Position numbers and translations under genes: made by a program. A stretch of DNA of 64,000 bases from the NCBI RefSeq assembly GCF_035084215.1, contig NC_090325.1, forward strand, positions 51,646,001-51,710,000. The letters run 5' to 3'. Shown here piece after piece: positions 26,611 to 38,214 of this stretch (within the stretch, counting starts at the first letter, position 1; every line of letters starts with the position of its first letter). The DNA comes from Heptranchias perlo (taxonomy: Eukaryota). The notes below the pieces were generated by a model. It ran no database searches. It was not told the origin of the DNA and saw only the letters and a program-made list of their open reading frames with translations.

Positions 26611-26710
26611 CAGTTCTGATGAAAGGTCATAGACCTGAAATGTTAACTGTTTCTCTCTCCATAGATGCTGCCTGACTTGTTGAGTGTTTCTAGCATTTTC
26701 TGTTTTTAAT
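26611..26710 (+). mobile_element. Penelope-like 3' terminus with hammerhead-like motif
   Basis: CAGTT-CTGATGA-A-AGGTC ATA GACCT-GAAA-TGTT-AACTG, followed by the GATGCTGCCTGACTTG…CATTTTCTGTTTTT tail. Confidence 0.7.
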
Positions 26711-28399
26711 TGGTAATACTGTATTGATACTCATTCTACTTAGATATAGCAGAATACCCAACATAAAATAGGAATTCAGCTGAATCATGACAACCTAATT
26801 TTATCTATTCTACTTGGATCACAATGCTCTGGTTTAAGAATGACTGACTGGGTACTAGTAGCTGGGAGTGTTAGAATACCTCCTTCCTTGACCACTTTTC
26901 TCTTTGTGTCCTTGCTGCTGTTGTCTCTCATCATAACAGAGATGAGCGTATGACCTTTAAGAACCTTCATCCGTCTTCTGCTACTCTGAAGTGCTCTCCC
27001 TTAATTCCTCAACTGTTACTTCTCTCATCGTCTTTAAAAGCTTCCTTAAAATCGACTTATTTGATCATACTTTCTGTTTTCCATCTCTTTCTGCCTTTTG
27101 TTTCTTCTCATTAACTCCCTTGGGGTGTTTACTGTTTATATAGATTCATGTTGCTTTAAATAAAAAAGAAATAATTTCTGGAAAGTTGGGGAGTATGTTC
27201 AATTTTGACTGTTCCGATCCCTGTCCTGTACTTGTATTTTATAAACTTTTGTGCTCATTGTTTTGTCATGTAGGGAAGTGGAACCTGTTGTGTACTTATT
27301 GCTTCTGGTATCAACATTCAGACCAAGTATTGCATTGTATGGCATATTTGGGCAAAGTACAGTTCCATTAGTTGGCTTGACTGTATAGTAAAATCCTGTG
27401 CGTGTTCCAATGCAAGATTAATAATGGGGTGGTCAAAAGTAAATTCTAATGGAATAACATAACAGAGGCACTAGGAAAACGTTCTGAGTGAGCTATTGCC
27501 AGTTTGGACCTGACTAATGGAAAGCGAAGGGAGAAATTGCAGAAGACAGTAAATTCAGTCTGCTGGCAAAGGACTAACACCAATACAAATGGAAGGGACC
27601 AAAGTGGGGAAAGAAAGGGACTTTTTTGTGAAAATTATACATGCTGAATAAATGCCCAGTATTCTTATGCAACTTTCAAAATATTTGCATAGTGTCAGTG
27701 TAGGGTTTTATTCTTATTGAACACAAAATTTGTGCTTAAACTTTAATGTAGGATTTTGGTTAGATAAGCAATGTACACTTTCCCGCCTCACCTACTGCCT
27801 TACCCTGCATTCCATCTCTGAAAAGCACCTGGGAATAATGCTATTCTACAATAAGATATCTGCTGTTGGCAATATTACAGAAATCCTGCAAAGCTATTCC
27901 AAGTTTTTTTTACTATCCAAGAAATATATTTAAAATTGATTTGGATAAGTTTAATATAAAGCAACAGGACAGACTCTGGAAGAATGTAACTCCTGCTGGC
28001 TAATACGAGTTGACGGGAATTATTTTGTTAAGTGAGATGACTCTCCTTTCTTTATTCTAACTCTCTATATAACTTTTTTTTTCTTGAAACTTCTGCAGAC
28101 ATTTAGAGTAACCTGTTTTTATTTCTTATATTTTAGAAAATTTTAAAATCCTTTGCAGCTGTACTTTAAAAACCGTGCAGATATGCGCAGTGTGTGAACA
28201 CAATTGTACAAATGACATGGTTTACCTGCAAGCCTTCGTAAATACCAAAAGCTGCTGCAAGAAGCGACCACGTAATGTTTCCTCTTGTTTGCTTGTGAGA
28301 AAATATAATGCTAGAAACTTGATTTTCCCAACAGAACAACTACTTGAATTATATGCTTCCATTTATATAGAGCTTTTAAGAGACTTCAGAGGCAGAACA

Positions 28400-28950
28400 T
28401 CTACCAAGCAGTAATGGAAGAATTAGGGGAGGTGATGCACTGGAATTTGAGAGGAAATTTTTTTTGAGGAGGCTTATGAAAGTGCAGAGAGGGGTAGCAC
28501 GGTGCAAGGATTTAAGGAGGACGATCCAGAGCGTCTGACCTAGACGGCCGACTGTTCTGTCATCAACGGTACAAATGGAGGGGGGTGGAATGCAAAATAG
28601 TCCAGAGTCAGGAAACTGGAGGGTATTTGCTGGCATTTAAGTCAGAGGTAGGCTGGAGCGAGGCTGTAGAGGGATTTGTAAATGATGAGGATTTTGAAAT
28701 CCATACACTAGAGACTAGAAACCACTGGAGCTTTGTGAGGCAGGAGTGATGGGGGAGTGGGACTGATGCAGGATAGGATGCTGCTGTGGTGTTTAGGACT
28801 GGTTGGAATTTATGTAGAAGGAACCTCAGGATGTCAAGTGAGGAGAGGGTTGAGAAGTTACTTTTGGAGGTGTTGAAGGCATGGATGAGTGTTTTGGTGA
28901 TGGAATTTCGTAAGGATAACCTAGGAATGTTGCGGAAGTGCGGGTAGGAT
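28400..28950 (-). mobile_element. Highly decayed L2 fragment
   Basis: The reverse complement resembles the 3' region of the L2 copy at 25450-25950. Confidence 0.5.
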
Positions 28951-29235
28951 TGCGCAGGTTAGGGTAGAAGCTATTGTAGTACATGTATTGGCTCAGTTGG
29001 CTACAGTGGAACCAAGTGAGGCCGGTGACATGGGAAAGAGGGTAGAGTAGTCAATTTTGTTACTTCAACAAGATTTTGGGAAGAAGGATGTTGTGTACCA
29101 TAATATGGACTCCTAGACAGTGTGTGTTCGAAGCCTGTGTATAGCATCACATTCAATTCCTAATCCTGTACTTCCTTGATGCATGCTTTCCTGCAAGAGT
29201 CTTTGGATAGTGATCAGGAACGGGAGTATTTTGTT

Positions 29236-30058
29236 CATAGAATCATAGAAGTTTACAACATGGAAACAGGCCCTTCGGCCCAACATGTCCATGTCGCCCA
29301 GTTTATACCACTAAGCTAGTCCCAATTGCCTGCTCTTGGCCCATATCCCTCTATACCCATCTTACCCATGTAACTGTCCAAATGCTTTTTAAAAGACAAA
29401 ATTGTACCCGCCTCCACTACCGCCTCTGGCAGCTCGTTCCAGACACTCACCACCCTTTGAGTGAAAAAATTGCCCCTCTGGACCCTTTTGTATCTCTCCC
29501 CTCTCACCTTAAATCTATGCCCCCTTGTTATAGACTCCTCTACCTTTGGGAAAAGATTTTGACTATCTACCTTATCTATGCCCCTCATTATTTTATAGAC
29601 TTCTATAAGATCACCCCTAAACCTCCTACTCTCCAGGGAAAAAAGTCTCAGTCTATCCAACCTCTCCCTATAAGTCAAACCATCAAGTCCCGGTAGCATC
29701 CTAGTAAATCTTTTCTGCACTCTTTCTAGTTTAATAATATCCTTTCTATAATAGGGTGACCAGAACTGTACACAATATTCCAAGTGTGGCCTTACTAATG
29801 TCTTGTACAACTTCAACAAGACATCCCAACTCCTGTATTCAATGTTCTGACCAATGAAACCAAGCATGCTGAATGCCTTCTTCACCACCCTATCCACCTG
29901 TGACTCCACTTTCAAGGAGCTATGAACCTGTACTCCTAGATCTCTTTGTTCTATAACTCTCCCCAACGCCCTACCATTAACGGAGTAGGTCCTGGCCCGA
30001 TTCGATCTACCAAAATGCATCACCTCACATTTATCTAAATTAAACTCCATCTGCCATT
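29236..30058 (-). mobile_element. Young CR1 LINE (family C), 3' fragment with uninterrupted ORF2 C-terminus
   Basis: ORF 29316..30137; near-identical to the copy at 62205-63297; CATAGAATCATAGAA tail. Confidence 0.95.
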
Positions 30059-32115
30059 TTGGTGCCCCTGGAATAATGGGAGAGCAAAAGTCAACAGTAG
30101 CCTTCTGCCAGCTACCGTTTTGGTTGAGATCAGCCAACTTAGTACAGACCAGGGATTGAACCTGGGATCATCTTGGCTTGTATTGTATAACAGCACACCA
30201 CAAGGTGCATTCAAGCACTGTGCTATTGGAGCGACTTACGGAATCATTCTTAATAAATTGGCCGCACCATTATCAGGATCCTGCTGGGCTGTGCGGAAGC
30301 ATCATTAGCTGTTAATTGCAGGATAAGCACAAATGAAGAAGACTGTTTAGCCCACCTTAGCTCTTCCATTCAGAAAGGCTGTATTGTTCTGCTCTTCCCA
30401 ATCCCTTCCACTTACCCATCACAGCATCTGACTGTTTCTTAAATGACTTCAGGGTTTTTGCCTGCTTTACCATGCCAGTCCATTCCAAGTATGGATCACT
30501 CTTTTTGTGTGAAGAATTTCCTGATATTTGTCCTAAATTTGCCTTTCACTAGTTTGAACTTTGTTCAGCTGTCACAGTATAGTTTGAAGTTGTGTTCTGG
30601 ATTTTAATTTTCTGTACCATTTTGTTATACACCTCCAAGCTCACATCTGTTCCCTCCTGTCAAGATTGAAAAGCCTATGTTTCTCCATTCTTTCCTAATA
30701 ATTCTGTCCTCTGATTTAAAGAGATAGTCTCATGGCTCCTCTCTAAAATGCCTCAAGGTGTGGTCTGACCAGAGCACTGTACAGTTTAAGCAAGACTTTT
30801 GACTTTTACTGTTTTGGCTAATTTTTCCTCCTTATGTGCAGTACTTTCACACTTGTCCATATTGCTCCACTCTCATGCATGTTTATATGTCCTTTTGTAG
30901 TTCTGAGCTGCCACCTTGTAAAACTGCTACTCCTGGTTTGGTATTTTCTGTGAATTTGACCAGTTTGCACTGAGCTTCTGAATACAAATCAATAATGTAA
31001 GTTAAAAATGGTGTGGCTCCCAGCACTGATCCCTGGGGCACTCCATTATCACCTCATGCCTCCCTCCCGGCTGACACAACTTCTCTAACAAGTAATTGCT
31101 GTTGCCCATCCCATCAGCATTTGTCTGTTGCTTGCCCTAATGGCTATATTCAATGTGTGAGCTTGGAAAGTCAGTGTTGGCAGGCTACTACTTCATAGGG
31201 GGCCTTCCATCCAAACTGTTTCTGTCTTTACTAAATACTCTCACATGCGCACACTAGATTGTGAACCTTTTACCTTTGCACTCTTTTTTAAAAAAAGCTT
31301 TGAATATTTAGTTCACTTCAAGATGGTCTCAATTTGATTGCATATTTTTTATTGTTGCAATGCCTAAACACTTTGTAGCAATGCAGAACATTGTTACGAA
31401 ATGTTTAAAGAGGACAAAATGTTCTCTCTTTTACTGTTTTAATGCTCTTCATCCTAAATGCTGCACGTGCTGAACTTCAAGTTCTATATAGACCAAATAT
31501 TCTAGAAATTTAATTGATCCTATGTACAAATGTTTTTATTGGAATGACTAATCACTTTGCAATATACGAATTATTGGTCGTAGGATAACATTTTTCTTGA
31601 TTTTAAAATGGTATGCTTAGCAGGATTGGACAGTACTTACTAGAGAATGGGAGAAAGTAGATTTGCTGTAATTTCGTTTTATTTTTATAACAATTGTTGT
31701 TCCCATTTCCTCACTCACTACTTGCCCCTCCCACACCCACTACTGCTCCCTGTCAAAAAGAACTGGAATCTGGAATGTACTTTGACTTGGCTGTGATGTC
31801 CTTTCTCAGAAGTTTTTTTTACCTAAAAATGGACACTTTTTTAAAGGGTTGTGCTACAGTATATAAATTCAGTTACTGCAAGCTAATGTACTTCCTGTTT
31901 CCATTCCTATTGTCTCAATACTTTAACACTGTGGTAAGTCAGTAACAGGCCTCCTCCTTCCTCTTCTGTGGTGTAAATATAAAGTGGTCAGATTAGCTGT
32001 AGTAACTTGTCATTCTTTTCGAAGTACAATATTAGTTCATACAAATGTAAAAATTACTTGTGCTATTTTCATAATTTTGTTCATATTTTCATTGAAAGTG
32101 GATTAAGTTGTCAAG

Positions 32116-32192
32116 ATGTCTGAAAGTGATGGTTTGAACAGAGCTGCTGTGACCACTGATAGTTTCTCTGGCGGCAAACGCATTTTGGCAAG
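32116..32192 (+). CDS. ACSBG2: ACSBG2-like coding exon 1 (MSESDGLNRAAVTTDSFSGGKRILA)
   Basis: Acceptor AG at 32097-32098, ATG at 32116 in AAGATGT context, donor AG|GTTTGT. The phase 2 end matches the acceptor at 32787. Confidence 0.6.
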
Positions 32193-32786
32193 GTTTGTAA
32201 GTTTATTATATAAAAAAAAACTTGTATGAATTTTTAAAAGAGGAACACCTTATAAACCTGGAGTTATCCTGACAATGTGTGCAGTACAGAACAAGTAATG
32301 AGTTAGCCTGTTAATTGTTATAATTAGTTACAGATGCATTGGTGTACTGCATTTGCCCAGAAAGTGAGTTTTAAAAAAAAATAATCTTTTTGTAGGTGGT
32401 ATAAGTTAGTAATTGAAAACCATGCCTCAGTCAAAGGACAGAGAAAGTTATGCTAGAACACCTTTCTATTACTTTTTATAGGGGCCAGCCTAACCAGTCA
32501 GAAGCACACATTTAAATATCAAGAAAATACCATTTCATAGGGGGTACTGTTTCTTAGTATGGGGATTTCTAAATTCTTGAGACTGGCTAGGTTCAACATT
32601 AGTGGAATACTTTTTACCCTGATAAGGATCTGCGGTATTCATGTTATATGTAATTAAAATGGAAAGATTAATTTTGTGCCCCTTCACTTATCAATGGTGT
32701 ATGAATTTCAATTGCACTGCATTTCTGAGAGTAATTCATGCATATTTCTGTTTTGCATTTCTTCTCTTTTTTTAAAAAAAAAACAG

Positions 32787-33193
32787 CCCTACTCACAATC
32801 CTTCAGATTTGTTGATGGGGGAACTTCTTGATAGCGATCACTGGCTGAATGATGCAGGAGGGGATACAACGGCATCCTTACGTGGGGGTAAAAATGAGGA
32901 AAAGCTACAGCAGAGTATAAATGAAAAACAACAGGAGGGATTTATAGATCAAGTAGAAATGCCATTAGGAATGAAAATTAAAAATGACTCTCCTGGAAAA
33001 TCCGAACAAGTGACTTCACCTCAGAAAGGAGGGAGTCCTACAAACGTGGCCAGATTGGGAGATTTCAACAGCTCAAATTCGGCCCGATCTGAACAGCAGA
33101 AAAAGGCGGAGTTGTCTAAAAATGCCACTGCTCGAGGAGGACAGGCTGGAACATCTTCATCTTTAGTAGAAAGGAATGAATCGTCAGCAGCAG
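32787..33193 (+). CDS. ACSBG2: ACSBG2-like coding exon 2, low-complexity N-terminal extension
   Basis: 407-nt open frame (ORF 32809..33267) bounded by ACAG| and CAG|GTAGCT. Phase 2 in and phase 1 out fit both neighbouring exons. Confidence 0.7.
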
Positions 33194-33274
33194 GTAGCTT
33201 TCAATCAACGTTAACTTGCAATATTTTTCCCTTTTTTAAAAAAAAGCATGTATCTACAAACATGTAACTATATT

Positions 33275-34013
33275 GAGCCAGATTTTGTTGGAGCAGGGCA
33301 TCTCATGGTGTGCCCAGTTAGTTAGACTTGTTCGTGCACGTTTAGGTTTCAAAATTTTTTGCCCACGAGGTTGCTGGAAGTTTGAGCTGATAGTGGCGCA
33401 GTGAGGGAAACGGCATCTGGGACAAACAGTGTATCTCCTTAACCAATGAGATTTAAGGATTGAGAAATAAACCGAGGAAGGACTGAGAAGGAGGGTGAAT
33501 TCAATGTCAAATCAGTACAGAAAGAGAAATAGAGAGGGAAAGAAAGATTGAATTGAGAGAGAGAAAAAAAGAAACAAAGGAAAAGTAAGAAAAAAAATTT
33601 AAAATTTGATACTTTTTTAAAAATCTCCTAAGACAATTCACAACCTGAAGGAATGAGACTCCAAACTTTTATAATTGTTTACTTTCTGGACAAGAGAGGT
33701 CGATTGGCAGTCATTAACAATTATCATGTCGTTAAAAGGATTCTTAACGCTGTTAATATCAAGACTTACTTTGGCGTGTTTAATGGGCAATTAATATGCA
33801 AATCCAGCAATTTCATGAAAATCGCGGGGAGGTTAAGAATGAGATGCCATTTTCGCAAAGCTAACAGTGGAGCGGTGCAAATCGGCCAGCAACTTGTGGC
33901 AATTCGTAATTCACGGGTTATCTCTTCCTCGCTCCAAGTTGCAGACCGATTTGCGCATTAATAACGGCATGTGTCATTCAGGACAGCGTTATTTTTTCAG
34001 CAAAATCTGGCCC
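33275..34013. mobile_element. Harbinger/Tourist-like MITE, 739 bp
   Basis: 16-bp TIRs GAGCCAGATTTTGTTG and CAGCAAAATCTGGCCC (2 mismatches); flanks ATT/GTT; no coding capacity. Confidence 0.8.
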
Positions 34014-34534
34014 GTTGTGACCTTTTTTTAAAAAAGTGCACTATTTTGAGGGTATCTCCTACTTTTGGGGAATCCTCTAATCTGTATTTGCAACCTGAAA
34101 GAACTTTTTTCTTTATAAAAGGTACTCGTTTCTATCCAAAAGTCATTACAATTATATGAATATTTGTTTCTTGCAAAAAGACTGATTGCTTTTATTTCTC
34201 CCCAGCCCCCCACTCTCCAGCTGTCCTATGGTTTATTGTAGACTGAAAGGTAGCAACTCCTATTTATGGCCTTTTTAAACTGTTACCAGGTAGCAGCATT
34301 TTATATTTCAGCCTGGACAGTGAATGTCAATGAACTTCATGACTGTAGGGGGAGGGGAGATCAATATTGCTTATCCAGGCCCTGTTTTCAACTTGTGCTC
34401 ACCACATTATTTTCACAAGGAGGATAGCATTCAGGAGTGGAATCCTGGATGATTTTTTTTTCTCTTCTCTCATCCCCTCCCTGCCTCCCTTTGCCCCCAG
34501 TATTCTTTAGTCTGGGAGCAGTGAGGACTGTGAT

Positions 34535-35860
34535 AGACTTCAGTTATGCGGAGATACTGGAGAAGCTGGGGTTGTTCTCCTTAGAGCAGAGAAGGTTAAG
34601 GGGAGATTTAATAGAGGTGTTCAAAATCATGAAGGGTTTTGATAGAGTAAATAGGAGAATCTGCTTACAGTGTTCAGTTCCATTCGCAACCCTGCAGATA
34701 ATGAAGCAGTCCATGCCTGCATGCAGCAAGACCTGGACAACATCCAGGCTTGGGCTGATAAGTGACAAGTAACGTTCGCGCCGGACAAATGACAGACAAT
34801 GACCATCTCCAACAAGAGAGAGTCTAATCACCTCCCCTTGACATTCAGTGGCATTACCATCACCGAATCCTCCACCATCAACATCCTGGGGGTCACCATT
34901 GACCAGAAACTTAACTGGACCAACCACATAAATACTGTAGCTACAAGAGCATGTCAGAGGTTGGGTAGTCTGCGGCAAGTGACTCACCTCCTGACTCCCC
35001 AAAGCCTTTCCACCATCTACAAGGCACAAGTCAGGAGTGTGATGGAATACTCTCCACTTGCCTGGATGAGTGCAGCTCCAACAACATTCAAGAAGCTCGA
35101 CACCATCCAGGACAAAGTAGCCTGCTTGATTGGCACCCCATCCACCACCCTAAACATTCACTGCCTTCACCACCGGTGCACCATGGCTGCAGTGTGTACC
35201 TTCTACAGGATGCACTGCAGCAACTCGCCAAGGCTTCTTCGACAGCACCTCCCAAACCCGCAACCTCTACCACCTAGAAGGACAAGAGCAGCAGGCCCGT
35301 GGGAACAACACCACCTGCACATTCCCCTCCAAGTCGCACACCATCCCGACTTGGAAATATATCGCCGTTCCTTCATCGTCGCTGGGTCAAAATCTTGGAA
35401 CTCCCTACCTAACAGCACTGTGGGAGAACTTTCACCACACTAACTGCAGCGGTTCAAGGCGGCGGCTCACCACCACCTTCTCTAGGGCAATTAGGGATGG
35501 GCAATAAATGCTGGCCTTGCCAGTGATGCCCACATCCCATGAACAAATCTTTTTTAAAAAAAGGGTCAGTAACCAGAGGACACAGTTTTAAGATATTTGG
35601 CAAAAGAACCATAGGTGAGATGAGGAGAATTTTTTTACACAGCGAGTTATGATGATCTGGAATGCACTGCCTGGAAGGTTGGAGGAAGCAGATTCAATAA
35701 TAACTTTCAAAAGGGAATCGGGTGTAAACTTGAAGGGGAAACATTTGCAGGGCTATGGGGATAGGGCAGGGGAGTGGGATTAATTGGATAGCTTTTTCAA
35801 AGAGCCAGCACAGGCACGATAGGCCGAATAGCCTCCTGTGAAGTATCATTCTACGATTCC
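34535..35860 (+). mobile_element. CR1 (family A) 3' end split by a family D LINE (about 34665-35555)
   Basis: LEKLGLFSLEQRRLRGD ends at ~34660 and CR1 resumes at ~35560; the inner element carries ORF 34799..35443. Confidence 0.88.
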
Positions 35861-38214
35861 TGCTGATGCCGCAAATTGCTTGTTTGTACAGCCGGAACCC
35901 TAAGACCTTATTGGTTTGTTTTAGCTGTGCATTTCTGCTAATGGAGCTCTTGGTTATTCTTCATCCTCATCTTGTGGCACCAACATTAGACTCTGCTCCT
36001 GAGATTTTATTTGCAATTACCTAAGGAAGGAGAGAATAACATTGAGCAGACGTGTAAACAAAAGAACATCTAGACCATGAATGGTACCAGCACAATTAAT
36101 TCCTGTTATATGAAAGTTATTTTTTTCTACTCCCTGTTCATTGAGCTGTTTTCGTGACCGGATTCCACCAAACGTTTAGTTCCAAACTGTGTTCACTACG
36201 TGAGTGTCACTATGGACGGCAGGATCAACAAAATGGAATGTAGGTTGCCTGCAATTGCAGATCTTCCAAAGTGGTGGGAGTGGCATTAATTTTATTTTCC
36301 AGATTTCTCCTGTCCCATCTATCCTGAAGGCACTGAATGTTGCTATGGTACAGTTCCATAGGCACTGGTAGCCCTGATTGTTGGCAGGCCATTAAATCAA
36401 GGAAGGCATTGCAGCTGAACTCAATCTTGTTTTCACTTGGTGCCCACAGACAAGCGTTTGTTGCAGCAGCCACATTGATAGCAATCAGGAGTTGGAACAA
36501 TGGCTGCTTTTGTTTTTCATTTTTTTTGCCTCGCTTCTCCCCCCTTCCCCCCCATACTTTCCTTTTACCCTGCCAGCACAGCACAGTGTCAAGGATCATT
36601 GTAACACCATGGCTGAGATCAACTAACTCGATGTAAACTGGGAATCAGATTTGGGAACACTGGTCAATAATTAGTATGATTTAGTGCTATCATGGACCAT
36701 ATGTTTGCCCACTAGACTGTAAGGAGAGATCTCTTAATATAATTGGTTTGATTTTTAATTTCCTATTGGAAGTTCCCTGAAAGCAGTGAATGACTTAATC
36801 ACGAGTATTAGGAGTACAAGTGAATGTCTCTCATGGTTCAAACTTAGAATTACTTTTTTTGTAACTTGCCCCTGTGGAATGACCTTTTATGAACTTGTTT
36901 ATAGAACACAAGAAATTCAGGTCGCACCTGTTTATTGAAGATTGATTTCTGATCATGGCGTGCTCCTAGATGGCTCAATGGAAAGACTCACCACACAGCT
37001 TGTTTCTAAGCCATGTAGACCAGTGCCTGCACTGAGTTAGCTGATCCCTGCCAGGGCAGTGGTGCAGGGTACTAAACTTGAGCTGTGTGCCAGGGCTAGC
37101 AAAGAAGAAAAAAAAATTGCCCATGTTTCCTCTAGGGATATTATGGTTAATTAGTGACTTCTATTGGAAAGCCCACCTGCATAGGCATCGAGGTAAGGAT
37201 AGGATCAAGCTTGGGTGTGATGATCCCCAAAATCAAATAACCTGCTAGAACTCCCTCTCTGTTCATGTGTGGAAAATGTCCATTTGAGTGAGGTTCAAGA
37301 AGGCTGCCAGTTCTTATAGAATTATAACCCAGCATGATTAAGTACCATCAAGGGGAGAAGGAGGAAATATAAAACGACAAATAATGTGTGCAAAAGTGGG
37401 AGGCGTACAAACTGAGTTAGAAACTTGTTGGGCAGTTATTTCTCCACATTCTGTTAGCTAAGAAGTATTTGAATTTTGTGATTAAAGGTGAAGGACGTCA
37501 GTGCTGCAGTTGTTGTACCCCGCATTCGCATCGAGAAGTTCGAGGTCAGGTATAGCTTGAGTTAGTAATACAGAGTAAAGCTCTCTCTCTGTTATCCCAA
37601 TAATGAGCTTTACTGACCAGCTGAGTGCTCCTCATTGTACCATTTAGTGTGACATTTCATTTTCACACCAGCAATTTTTCATAAGGGTCTTGACTCACTT
37701 TTATATTGGTGTTCAGGTGCTGGGAGAGTAATGCTGAAGTGGAGGCAGTTGCTCTCTTTCCCTTTCCACAGTGCCACCACTGCCTGCCCCCCACCGGCCA
37801 TTTTTTCATTACCAGCCCACCACTGGTTCTAGTGGACTTGTTCAAGGGCAATAGAATGGAGCCCTATATTTTCTGCACCTCTGACAGCCACTTTTGGTGC
37901 CTGTGAAAGATCAGATCCTAGATGCTGTTAGAAGTGTGGAGTATGCATACTTACTATAATGTATGTTGGCAGTGGGAGTTTATAGTAATACTCAGTGTTG
38001 GTAGCGTGCCCCTGCTGCTGGTAGCACACCTTCAACTACTCTTGACAAGTTATTGTATCCATTTCATGTGCATTTTGATCACAATTCAACACCAAAAGTC
38101 CAATTTGTTAACTACTGTAAATTATTGGCACACATTACCCTTTGGGGCAAAACATATTTTACTTCAAATTATTTGGTTCTCATTACATATCTGCATAGTT
38201 AATCAGAACCTATA

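Noticed and set aside
32197-32202. GTAAGT as donor of the first coding exon
   Set aside because: Stronger consensus but phase 0; neither acceptor near 32787 or 32807 keeps the frame. Not fully excluded as an alternative.
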